A DNA stretch of 47,369 nt, taken from contig JBIKJU010000002.1 of NCBI GenBank assembly GCA_044360745.1, forward strand, positions 1 to 47,369, written 5' to 3'. The notes below the pieces were generated by a model. It saw only the letters and a list, made by a program, of their open reading frames with translations, made no database searches and was not told the DNA's origin. This document shows, piece by piece, positions 9,626 through 20,200 of this stretch (the stretch's first letter is position 1; each line of letters opens with the position of its first letter). Both the position numbers and the translations under genes were made by a program. This stretch comes from Chitinophagales bacterium. Lineage in GTDB: Bacteria; Bacteroidota; Bacteroidia; Chitinophagales; LD1.

Positions 9626-9701
9626 TATTTGTGCTCATTCTTAGCCTAAATCCGTGCTTGTTGGTTCTTTTTCTTCGGCTGGGTTGAAACGTTCTTTTCA
9701 T
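9546..9701 (-). CDS. rpmH: 50S ribosomal protein L34
   Basis: Not in the track (51 aa). Hand translation: [51 protein letters not shown], a textbook L34 sequence in the classic position upstream of rnpA. Confidence 0.92.
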   Translation of the reverse strand: MKRTFQPSRRKRTNKHGFRLRMSTNNGQKIIKRRRARGRKKLTVSDEKRLK

Positions 9702-9815
9702 TTTTTAGTTTATTTAAAAAACAGAGGATGAAACTTTTTAGCAACAGCCTTTTGTTTTGTAGTTTTAAAATGGAGGGCAAACATAAACATTTTTTCAACA
9801 ATTCCAATAGGTTTT

Positions 9816-9850
9816 AAAAAATAAAAAAACCTCTTAGAAAATCTAAGAGG
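9816..9850 (-). terminator. Rho-independent terminator downstream of the pyrophosphatase gene
   Basis: Stem CCTCTTAG (9830..9837), loop aaaat, stem CTAAGAGG (9843..9850). On the minus strand it is followed by a T-run (the + strand A-run at 9816..9829). Confidence 0.7.
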
Positions 9851-9871
9851 CTTATATCTTTCAATTAGAAA

Positions 9872-12580
9872 TTACTTTTTTGCAACTCTTAGGTCTATTC
9901 TTCGATTTTTAGCTCTTCCTTCTTCGGTATCATTTGATGAAACTGGATATTGATCACCATAACCTTCTGCTTTTAATCTGACAGCAGAAACTCCTAAAGC
10001 TACAAGGCTTTTAAGGACAGTATTAGCTCTATCGTCACTTAGTTTGATATTTGCGGCTTTATCGCCAGTATTATCAGTATAACCGCCTATTTCAAGATGC
10101 ACATTTGGGAAAGCTTCTAAAATTTTAGCTATGTTTCCTAATTGTTCCTGAGATGAAGCTACTAATTTATCACTACCTGTTTCAAAAGTAAGTCTATCAA
10201 AAGAAAACCAAGATTCTTTATCTGCTACTTTCGATTCGTCATTTATAAATTCGATCAATTTAGACTCTACTGCAGCTTCGCTAGTAGTAGAAAACGAAAA
10301 GCCATTAGACAACTTGTATTCTTTTTCAAAAACTGTTTTCTCTTCCTCAGTCAACTTATCGTCTATGCAGCATTTTGATTTTACGTTTGAAGAAGAGCAA
10401 TCTTCTGTAGCTGGACAAATACAGTCAGAGCTATCAACAGCAATAAGCGGGGCTATTGCCAATCCTACTAAAGAAGAAAGTTTTATCAAAATATTCATAG
10501 ATGGGCCAGAAGTATCTTTAAAAGGATCACCTACAGTATCACCGGTTACGGCCGCTTTGTGTGGTTCTGATTTTTTATAATACGTCTGGCCGTTTATTTC
10601 TACCCCTTTCTCAAACGACTTTTTAGCATTATCCCAAGCTCCACCTGCATTGTTTTGAAAAATTGCCCAAAGAACTCCTGAGACTGTAACTCCAGCCATA
10701 TATGCACCTAGAGCCTCAGCGCCCAACAATAGACCCATGATAATAGGTGTAATAATAGTGATAGCACCTGGCAACATCATTTCTCTCAAAGCAGCTTTTG
10801 TAGATATCTCTACGCACTTGCCATACTCAGGAGTTCCAGTACCTTCAAGGATACCTGGAATTTCTCTAAACTGTCTTCTAACTTCCTCTACCATGTCCAT
10901 AGCAGCTTTCCCAACCGAGCTCATTGCCAATGCTGAGAAAACAACAGGTATCATCCCTCCAATAAATAATGCGGCTAAAACTGGAGCCTTAAAAATATTG
11001 ATACCATCAATTCCAGTAAATGTAACATAAGCAGCAAACAAAGCTAATGCAGTTAAAGCAGCAGAAGCTATTGCAAATCCTTTACCAATTGCCGCTGTTG
11101 TGTTCCCTACTGAGTCTAGAATATCTGTTCTTCCTCTTACCTCTTCTGGCAATCCACTCATTTCTGCTATACCACCTGCATTGTCAGCGATGGGACCAAA
11201 AGCATCAATCGCTAATTGCATTGCTGTAGTAGCCATCATTGCACCTGCAGCAATCGCTACGCCATAAAAACCAGCAAAATGATAAGCGCCTACGATAGCT
11301 CCTGCAAACAATACGATTGGCATCCATGTACTCATCATACCTAATGATAAACCAGCGATGATGTTAGTAGCTGCTCCAGTGGCAGATTGTCTTACTACAC
11401 TCAATACAGGCTTAGTACCTAAAGCTGTATAATATTCAGTAATAGATGAAATAACTAATCCTACAGCTAATCCAATAACAGTAGAAATAAATACACCATT
11501 TGCTGTAACAGTTTTGATGCCTTCTCCAAAATATTCCATTTGCATTTCAGCTGGTAACATCCATTTTATAATGAAATAAGTAGAAACAAGAGTGAGAGCT
11601 AAAGAAACCCAATTTCCTATATTCAGTGCTTTTTGGACATCACCATTATCATCTTTTACACTCACTAACCATGATCCAATAATAGACCAAATAATACCTA
11701 ATCCAGCTATTAAAATTGGCAATAAAATTGGTCCAATTCCACCGAAATTTGTAAAAATTCCAGCATTTTCTGGTGTCATGATAATATAGTTTCCAAGAAC
11801 CATAGCTGCTAGAATAGTTGCCACGTAAGAGCCAAACAAGTCAGCACCCATTCCCGCAACATCACCTACATTATCGCCCACATTGTCCGCAATTGTAGCA
11901 GGATTTCTAGGATCGTCTTCAGGTATACCAGCTTCTACTTTTCCAACTAAATCAGCACCCACATCAGCAGCTTTTGTATAAATACCTCCACCTACACGCG
12001 CAAATAAAGCAATAGATTCAGCACCAATCGAGAAACCAGCTAGCACCTCTAAAACTTTAGTCATTGTAGAACCATTTTCAGCAGTGAGTTGGCCTCCCAT
12101 AAAAACATGGAAAAAAACAATGAAAAGGAAACTTAATCCAAACACTGCTAAACCCGCTACACCTAAGCCCATGACTGTACCACCTGCAAAAGACACTTTC
12201 AATGCTTGAGCCAAACTCGTTTTTGCAGCTTGTGTAGTTCTTACATTGGCTTTTGTGGCTATACGCATTCCTACATTTCCAGCAGCAGCTGAGAAAACTG
12301 CTCCTATGACAAATGCAACAACTATAAGCATACTAGAATGCTCTGCAACCTTAGGATGTAGTGATAAGCCACCAAGAGCTGCCCCTGCAATCAATACGAA
12401 AATAGCTAAGATTTTATACTCAGCATTAAGAAATGCCATAGCTCCATCTGCAATATTTTTTGCAATACCTTGCATTTTTTCGTCTCCTGCATCTTGCTTA
12501 GTTACCCATGAAGATAAAAATGCCATGTAAATCAAGGCTATAACTCCAAAAACGGGTAAGATGTAAATTAAATTTTCCAT
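9872..12580 (-). CDS. hppA: Membrane-bound ion-translocating pyrophosphatase (K+-dependent-type signature) fused to a C-terminal Cys-rich linker and an OmpA-like domain
   Basis: 902 aa. Has the M-PPase motifs (GGGIYTKAADVGADLVGK, DNVGDNVGD, GNTTAAIGKGFAI, DPFKDTSGPS). After the last transmembrane helix come DSSDCICPATEDCSSSNVKSKCC and then ...GGYTDNTGDKAANIKLSDDRANTV...EGRAKNRRIDLRV (OmpA C-terminal-like). Confidence 0.9.
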   Translation of the reverse strand: MENLIYILPVFGVIALIYMAFLSSWVTKQDAGDEKMQGIAKNIADGAMAFLNAEYKILAIFVLIAGAALGGLSLHPKVAEHSSMLIVVAFVIGAVFSAAAGNVGMRIATKANVRTTQAAKTSLAQALKVSFAGGTVMGLGVAGLAVFGLSFLFIVFFHVFMGGQLTAENGSTMTKVLEVLAGFSIGAESIALFARVGGGIYTKAADVGADLVGKVEAGIPEDDPRNPATIADNVGDNVGDVAGMGADLFGSYVATILAAMVLGNYIIMTPENAGIFTNFGGIGPILLPILIAGLGIIWSIIGSWLVSVKDDNGDVQKALNIGNWVSLALTLVSTYFIIKWMLPAEMQMEYFGEGIKTVTANGVFISTVIGLAVGLVISSITEYYTALGTKPVLSVVRQSATGAATNIIAGLSLGMMSTWMPIVLFAGAIVGAYHFAGFYGVAIAAGAMMATTAMQLAIDAFGPIADNAGGIAEMSGLPEEVRGRTDILDSVGNTTAAIGKGFAIASAALTALALFAAYVTFTGIDGINIFKAPVLAALFIGGMIPVVFSALAMSSVGKAAMDMVEEVRRQFREIPGILEGTGTPEYGKCVEISTKAALREMMLPGAITIITPIIMGLLLGAEALGAYMAGVTVSGVLWAIFQNNAGGAWDNAKKSFEKGVEINGQTYYKKSEPHKAAVTGDTVGDPFKDTSGPSMNILIKLSSLVGLAIAPLIAVDSSDCICPATEDCSSSNVKSKCCIDDKLTEEEKTVFEKEYKLSNGFSFSTTSEAAVESKLIEFINDESKVADKESWFSFDRLTFETGSDKLVASSQEQLGNIAKILEAFPNVHLEIGGYTDNTGDKAANIKLSDDRANTVLKSLVALGVSAVRLKAEGYGDQYPVSSNDTEEGRAKNRRIDLRVAKK

Positions 12581-12621
12581 GTTTTGATTATTGTTTTCAA
12601 AATTTTATTTAAAAAGAAGCG

Positions 12622-12629
12622 CAAATATA
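12622..12629 (-). promoter_or_regulatory. Candidate -7 box (TATATTTG on the minus strand) for hppA
   Basis: The reverse complement of CAAATATA matches TAnnTTTG, 41 nt upstream of the ATG at 12580. Weak evidence. Confidence 0.25.
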
Positions 12630-12777
12630 GGATTTTGATTGAAATTTAAGCTTTTGATATGCAATTTCTATAATCAAAATTTTAATTTAAATCCTCAACT
12701 TATCAATTTAGGGGTAGACAAAAACACAAATACCAAAAAATAAAGCTTGAAATAAAAGATTGCTAAACTAGAAACTC

Positions 12778-14166
12778 TTAATCTTTTACAAAAAATTTAG
12801 TTGCCTTTCTGCCATTTTCTTTACTTATAAAAACAAGAGTATATACGCCAACTGTAAAATTGGAAACATCCAATTCAAAGGTTTGATTTGCATTTAAATG
12901 TTTAATCTCACTACCTTTTTGATTATAAATGTAAACTTCAAAACTTTTATCCATTAAATTAATATTGATCAACTCTTTAGTAGGATTTGGAAAAACTGAT
13001 ATTTCATCAAGAAAGTCTTCTTTTATAGAATTTACAAGTGGAGTGAGGTTCAAACTATCATCGTTTTCAAAGGGATTTGACCATTTGGGATTAGTATAAA
13101 CATCACTACCTGTCAATGTTCTTAAAAAAGAAATCAAATTGGATTGCTCTTGAGCTGTAAGTTGTAAGTTTCCACCTGGACCTGCAAGTCTATTATCTAA
13201 ATTATTGTTGCCGGTATCTTGAGGTACTAAGTTATAATGATTAATTACTTGTTGAATGTTAGAAAAAACACCATTGTGCATTAATGGTCCATTAAGACTG
13301 CCATTTGGATTAAAAATGTCACGAAGTGAAGGAGCCCTGGTATTGGTAAAATCTTTTACTGTTGGATTACCAGCTACTGCTGTAACTCCATTATTTCTTG
13401 AATTAGGATCGATATCAAACTCCGGAGCACGATGACAGCCTTGACATCCAGCTCCCTGTGGAGGGGGTGCTAAAAAAAGAGCTTTCCCAGCATTTTCATT
13501 TTGGGTAAAGTTATTGAAAGGGGCTGCATCATTAGGGGAATTTACTCTTCCAGCATCAAATTTAGAATCGAAGGATTGAATACTCCGAATAAATTGGGCT
13601 AAAGCAAATTGAATTCTTGTTTCTGAAACTGTAGTATCCCCATATACAAATTTAAATAGTGTTTTGTAATAGTTAATGTTTTGCAATCTATGAACTAAAG
13701 AATCGAAGTCTGGATCACCATTTGTATTACTAAAGCCCATCTCTACGTGATCCTTGATAGGTCTAGTACTTTGATCCTCAAGAGTTATGGCTCTCTCATC
13801 CCAAAAAAACTTAGCTTCTGTAGCAAATCTAGAGTTAATCAATCGCATAGAATGTCTACCTGTTAATCCTCTGCTTAATCCTAGACTCCTTACAGCAGTA
13901 TCCGAAAAAGCAAACTGTTGTTTATGACAGCTTGCGCATGCAATAGTACTGTTTAAAGACATTGATTTGTCATAAAACAAAACTCTTCCTAATGTAGCTG
14001 CACTATTCGTAATAGGATTACCTACTGTGGTGTTATCTTTTATAATATATGATGGTCGAGTTTGCCCAGAATAGTTAAACAAATTATTTAGATCTATGCT
14101 TGCACTAGTAAGTAGTATTAAAGATATAGCAAAAATGAAAAAAAATATAAACGGCTTTAACTTCAT
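12778..14166 (-). CDS. Di-haem cytochrome c peroxidase (CCP/MauG family) with a T9SS type-A C-terminal sorting domain
   Basis: Signal peptide. Two CxxCH motifs: CASCH (about 13924..13938) and CQGCH (about 13431..13448). The tail VFPNPTKELININL...GVYTLVFISKENGRKATKFFVKD is typical of Por secretion tails. Confidence 0.85.
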   Translation of the reverse strand: MKLKPFIFFFIFAISLILLTSASIDLNNLFNYSGQTRPSYIIKDNTTVGNPITNSAATLGRVLFYDKSMSLNSTIACASCHKQQFAFSDTAVRSLGLSRGLTGRHSMRLINSRFATEAKFFWDERAITLEDQSTRPIKDHVEMGFSNTNGDPDFDSLVHRLQNINYYKTLFKFVYGDTTVSETRIQFALAQFIRSIQSFDSKFDAGRVNSPNDAAPFNNFTQNENAGKALFLAPPPQGAGCQGCHRAPEFDIDPNSRNNGVTAVAGNPTVKDFTNTRAPSLRDIFNPNGSLNGPLMHNGVFSNIQQVINHYNLVPQDTGNNNLDNRLAGPGGNLQLTAQEQSNLISFLRTLTGSDVYTNPKWSNPFENDDSLNLTPLVNSIKEDFLDEISVFPNPTKELININLMDKSFEVYIYNQKGSEIKHLNANQTFELDVSNFTVGVYTLVFISKENGRKATKFFVKD

Positions 14167-14199
14167 AGAAATTGTTTTTTAAATATAAAAAAGTTTTAT

Positions 14200-14238
14200 C
14201 AAAATAAAAAAGAGCAATAATCTTTCGACTATTGCTCT
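14200..14238 (-). terminator. Rho-independent terminator downstream of the 2,791-aa gene
   Basis: Stem AGAGCAATA (14211..14219) and stem TATTGCTCT (14230..14238). A T-run follows on the minus strand (the + strand A-run at 14200..14210). Confidence 0.6.
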
Positions 14239-14261
14239 TTGTAAATATAGCAGTTTAATAA

Positions 14262-17200
14262 TTATCTCACTACCGTTAAACGTTTTGTAACGATTGTCTC
14301 TCCGAAGCTCATTCTCACATAGTAGATACCTCCAACTATTTCTTCATTCATTTCTATCTGACGTGCTTTAAGTGATTTTTCAGTAAATGATTTTACTAAT
14401 TGACCATTTGATGAAATGATATCGATACGAACATCTGAAGCCTCTGCTAATTCTACTTCAATTACAAATTTGCCAGAAGTCGGATTTGGATAAACTTCGT
14501 AGAGATTTACGAAATCAACATCTCCTATACCGTTTACAAAGCTTACAATTAGAGAAGTAGAAGCAGTGCAACCTTTAGCATCAGTAACTGTGACATTATA
14601 TGTACCTGCTGTTAAGCCTCCAATAGAGTCTGTAGTAGCACCATTACTCCACAAGTAAGTGTATGCAGGAGTACCTCCGCTTGCAGTTACTTTAGCTGTA
14701 CCCAGTGGGCCTCCGCTAAATTCATTGGTTTTCACACCTGCAAGAACTAATGATGTAGGTTGAGAAATTGTTTGAGAAACAGTTGTTGAACAACCATTAG
14801 CGTCAGTAACCGTACATGTATATGTGCCAGCTAAAGCTGCATTCAAATCTTGGGTAGTTGGGCCATTGCTCCAAGCATAAGTGTAGTTAGGAGTTCCTCC
14901 AGTTACACTAATAAATACCCCACCATTAGCTTGTCCATTACATCTTGCGTTTCTGAAGCTATCTACTGAAGCCACTAAAGCAGCTGGCTCTGTTATAACT
15001 ACTGGAGCACTAAGTGCAACCGTACATCCATTACCATCAGTCACAGTCAATGTATAAGAACCTACTCCCAAACCAGAGAGATCATCAGTATTAGCTCCAT
15101 TAGACCAAGAATAAGTATAGTTACCTACTCCACCTGTTACTGTAGTGAAAATAGCGCCATTGTTGGCTCCATTACATGTGATATTTTTAGAGCTATCTAC
15201 GTTAACTGCTAAAGTAGCTGGCTGAGTGAGGATATAGGTTGCGCTTACTGTACACCCATTTGCATCGGTTACAGTCACATCATACGAACCGCCTGTGGCA
15301 CTGGCTAAGTCCTGGTTTGTAGAACCGCCAGACCAAGAGTAAGTATAGTTTGGTGTACCTCCAGAAACTGAAATGTAGATTCCTCCATTTGCATCACCAT
15401 TACATAATGGAGAAATTGAACTATCTAAAGAAATAGCAAGTGCAGCAGGTTGAGAAATAGATACTGTAGCAGTGACTGAACAAGCGTTTGCATCTGTTAA
15501 GGTAACTGTATACGTTCCAGCAGCTAAGGTCGTTACAGAAGCTGTAGAGTCACCTGAAGACCAGTCAAAGTTGTATGGAGCAATTCCGCCAGAAGCTGAG
15601 AAGTAAGCGGCTCCGTTAGAGCCTCCATTACACGTTACGTTTCTTGAACTATCAGAAGTCAATACTAGTATTGTTGGCTGAGAAACAGTGAAGCTAGCAG
15701 ATTTAGAGCAAAGATTAGCATCTGTAACTGTAACTGAAACTGAACCAGCGCTTAGGCTAGTAATAGATTGAGTAGTATCACCACTTGTCCAAGCATATAA
15801 ATATGGTGAAGTTCCACCAGTCACAACCAAAGATATACTACCAGTGGTATCACCATTGCAAAGTACATTAACAACTGTACCAGCAATACCAATTGTATCA
15901 GGTTGAATCACACTTAATGCAGATAAAATAGTTCTACAACCAAATTCATTTCTAATAGTATCTCTGTATGAACCAGGAGCAAGACCAGTTAAGTCTTCTG
16001 TTGTAGCACCATTAGACCAAGATGATGTAAAAGTAGTACCTCCACCAGTGATAGTAACATTGATATCTCCATTATTAGCACCATTACAAGTTACATTAGT
16101 AATTTGTGAAGTAGCGACAGGAGCAGCTTGCACTCTAGTAGTTTTCACAGTAGAATCACAAACTCCAATTTTATACGTAATATTATAAGGACCACCTACA
16201 CCAGCAGTAGTAGGACTAAATGTAGTACCCGACACACCTGTACCAGTAAAAGTACCACCTGGTGTAGAAGGGTTTAAATTTACAGTAGGAGCACCTGCGC
16301 AATAAACCGTATCAAGTGTGAAGTTTGTATTTATTGCACCTAAATCAGTTAGTACAATAGTAGTAGCATTACCTGGGGAAGTATATGGGTCAAGTTGAAC
16401 ATAATATGTTCTTCCAGGAGTCAAACAAGAAGCCGTTATGAATGATGAAAATAAAACACCTCCGTTTGCAGTATTATTCGGATCATCGTCATTAGCAGCA
16501 ATAAGCCTTGCTCCACCTTTCGTTATAGTGTCACAATTATCAGCATCCCAAAGAGCTAGCTGTGTATCAAAGCCAGGAGATTGAACTGAAACTCTTCCAG
16601 AAGCAGGAGCTGTAAAAGTAAACCACATTGTGTTAGAAATAGTATCTGAATCAGCACACCATCCTGTTTGAACACTACATCCTGTACCTGGAGGAACAGG
16701 CTCCCCTACTTGAGTGGTAGCGGGCTGTGTGTTATAAGGCCCATTGACTCCAAACGTAAGTGGTTCTGGGTCGCAGGTGTTATCTCCTTTGAGAGTAGCA
16801 AAAGTAGTAAATAATGAAGTAGTATCATTAAGACATCCACTATTTGATAGTATTGCTCTTATGTAAACATTACCTTGGAATATTAATGAAACATTAATTG
16901 TATCAGTAGTTAATCCAAGAATAGTGTATGGACCAGCAGGTGTAAAAGCATATTGCCACTGTATAGAACCTTCATAACCAGAAAGTATATATTGACCGAT
17001 AGAATTCGTAGCTGCTGTATCTGGACCAGAAATGATACCTGCTACTGGAGTATCAATACATGGTGGTGGAGGTAAGATTCTAACTAGATAATCTTCAATC
17101 TCTCCCCATGTAGGGTTAACGCATGGCCCTGTAATTGCCCCTTCTCTTAAATAAACTCGCATACCTGTAAGACCAGTGTCCGGAGAAACAGGAATGTTAA

Positions 17201-20200
17201 TTGTAGCCGTGAAATCATCTAAAAAGTTTGCTGTAGCTTTTGTCATTGCAAAAGCCTCACCAGGATCAGCATAAGATCCGTTTTTGTTTAAGTCAATATA
17301 TACAGTAGCGTTGTTTGTTGATACATCAGTAGTAGAATGAAAATGATACAATGTTGCAGGATAATTTACCCCTTGCATCAAATCAGTAGGAGCTAGGTTA
17401 GTAAAGTTTGTATATGTTTCCGTAGCAGCTGGATTACTTTGTTGAGGAGTAGGTCTAACTGCAGGGTTCAATAAAGCGCCAATTTGGAATTGACCTATAT
17501 CGTCCTCTGTTGTGCTTGTAGCAGCTACAAGACAATAGCATTGAGTAAAAGGAGCTAAAGTAATCTTGACAGGAGTAGAATAACTAGAGTCTACACAAGT
17601 CACTTTTACTCTATAAAAAACTGTATCTAAAACAGAAGGAGTTGTAAATGAAGGAGAATTCGCTCCAGAAACATTTGTCCATGAGATACTGTCGGTAGAT
17701 GTTTGCCATTGAATAGTGGTTCCAATTGAGTAGCCAGTATCTACTAAGGTTGTAGTTCTACCAGAGCAAATTACAGTATTTCCAGTAATCACACCTGGTA
17801 AAGGAGGATTTGCACACGCAGGTGGAGGTAATATATTTACGATATAATCTTCTATTTCTCCCCAAGTTGGATTAGAACAAGGACCAACAATTGTTCCTTC
17901 TCTCAAATATACTCTCATCCCTGTTAGACCCTCTGTAGCTGTCATAGGGATAAGAATATTTGCAGTAAAATCATTTAAAAATGCTCCAGTCTTTGTCATA
18001 GGGAAAGATTCTCCAAGGTCGGTATAAAGTCCATTTTGATTAAAGTCTATATAAACAGTGGCATTATTAGCCCCTGCATCAGTGCTTGAATGGTAATGAT
18101 AAAGTGTAGAGGAATATGAAACCGCCTTCTGCAAATCCGTTGGAGTTAGATTCGTAAAATTAGTATATGTTCTATTTGCAGTAGCATTAGACTGTTGAGG
18201 AGTTGGTCTTACTGCAGGATTTACTAAGGCACCAATCTGAAACTGACCTATATCATCCTCAGTTGTACTTGTAGCAGCTACAGGACAATAGCATTGATAG
18301 AAAGGACTCATAGAAATCATAAAAGGAGCTGTAGTATCCGCATCTGTGCCACATTTTACAATTGCAATAAAATATGTAGTATCAGGAACTACTTTTGTAT
18401 ATGTAGAAAATGTGTCTGCTGGGTCAGAGTTATAAGTAACCCCATCTAAAGATGTCAACCACTGATAAGTTAAACCCCCAGCTTGTGTACCACCTGTAAG
18501 TGATAAGTTTACATTTGAGTTTGGACATACCGAATTTGCAACAGCCGCAATAGACCCAGCATTTGGTGTACCAGTACACTCAAATACTAACTCAAAATTA
18601 TCAACTCCAATATCAGTTGTGCCAAAATCTGAGCGAGCCTGTAGTCTTACTATACATTTAGGTCTAGCTACTACACCAAGATTTAAATATTGCTTTGTCC
18701 ATGTGGCAGATACCCCTAATCTTAACAAAGGTCCATTAAAGGTTACTCCATCATCGTCCGAGAAAAATAGGAATAGTGAATCCGTTCCAGAATTGTTTCT
18801 GTAATCAAATTTCACAACCACTGGATCTCCGTACAACATTGTAGAATGTAAATCTAATCTACCTGTAAGACCATTAGTTGCATCATATGAATGAAAGTTT
18901 GCTGCTCCAATACCTGTGGCTGGAGTAACAATACCTGAAGCACTTCCCCAAGCTGCTGTAGACACTCCCTGATCTTGTCTTCGCCATGAATTATTTCCAG
19001 ATACTGGTGTATTTCTCCAAAATGAATCTGGCACATCGGTATTACCACAAGCTGACTGCCATGACTCAAAGCCCTGAAAGTAAGGTACTGTAGTGTATGC
19101 AGGAAGAAAAATATTAACTAAGGCTGGAGTTGAAGTATCGCTCAAAGATGAGTTTGTACAAACTACAGCAAGCTTGTAGAAAGTATTAACAGTAGGTGAT
19201 GCTGTAAAAGTAGAAGAAGTAGCACCAAATATTGTGTCATATACTAGTCCGTCTGTAGATCTAAGCCATTGAAAAGTAATTCCTAATCCGAGCGAATTAT
19301 TCGCAATTGCTAAGTTAACTGACTGCCCTTTACAAATTGACGAAGAAGCAGGAGTAGTAACTCCTGGTGCTGGAGTACCCGAACAATTTAGTGCACGTGC
19401 AAAAGATAAGAATCCAGTATAAGTAGTATTTGCTGTAGTTGAAGTAATAAGATTAGGTTCATTGCCAGCAGCTGCAGTAAATGTAGCCGCAGATCCAAAT
19501 TTACTATCATAAATGCCAGCAGCAGAAGGAGCCTCAACCACTATAAATGAATCTGCTATACTAGTATTGGCTATTTTTACATTTATAGATGTAAAGGTTC
19601 CTGAATCTACAGGGGCTTCCCATCTTCTAGTAGTAGACAATGAAAATATACTTGGAGACGCTGTACCCAAGTTGCTACCAAATGTTTCAGCTCTGAAAAC
19701 TGTATTAGATGTAGTAGCTGGAGCTAACCAAATAGGAGAAAAAACTCCATCTTTACCTACTGGAAATGGAATGAAAGCAGTATTAGCATTCAGAATAGTT
19801 CTAGCAAAAGGCCCATTGATAAAGGCTGTAGTACTTCCCCCAGATACTGTAGCAGACCCTGAAGCCAATGTACCGGTTGTTATTGATGTGCCAAGTCTAA
19901 GAATATTAGTATTGCTAGTCGTTACAATGCCTGATGTCAACGTAAGTGTTCCACTTACAGAAAGTGGGACATTCAAAACAACACCTGATGGGTTACTGTT
20001 ATTTATTCTGAAAGATACTAAATTAGTAGTAGGTGCAGTAGCCGAATTTCTAAAAACTCCTATACCAGATACACTTTGTGTATTTATAGAAGGAGCTTGC
20101 ACTCCATTTGCAAAACTTGACAAACTTAATGTTGTGGTAGAGGTGAAAGTACCGTTATTCACTATATTTCCTGCTACATTAACTGTAGTAAATCGCGCTT

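Noticed and set aside
10314-12530. Several + strand ORFs inside hppA (10314..10580, 10737..11030, 11047..11229, 11592..11789, 12246..12530)
   Set aside because: Antisense shadows of a strongly supported 902-aa membrane pyrophosphatase gene.
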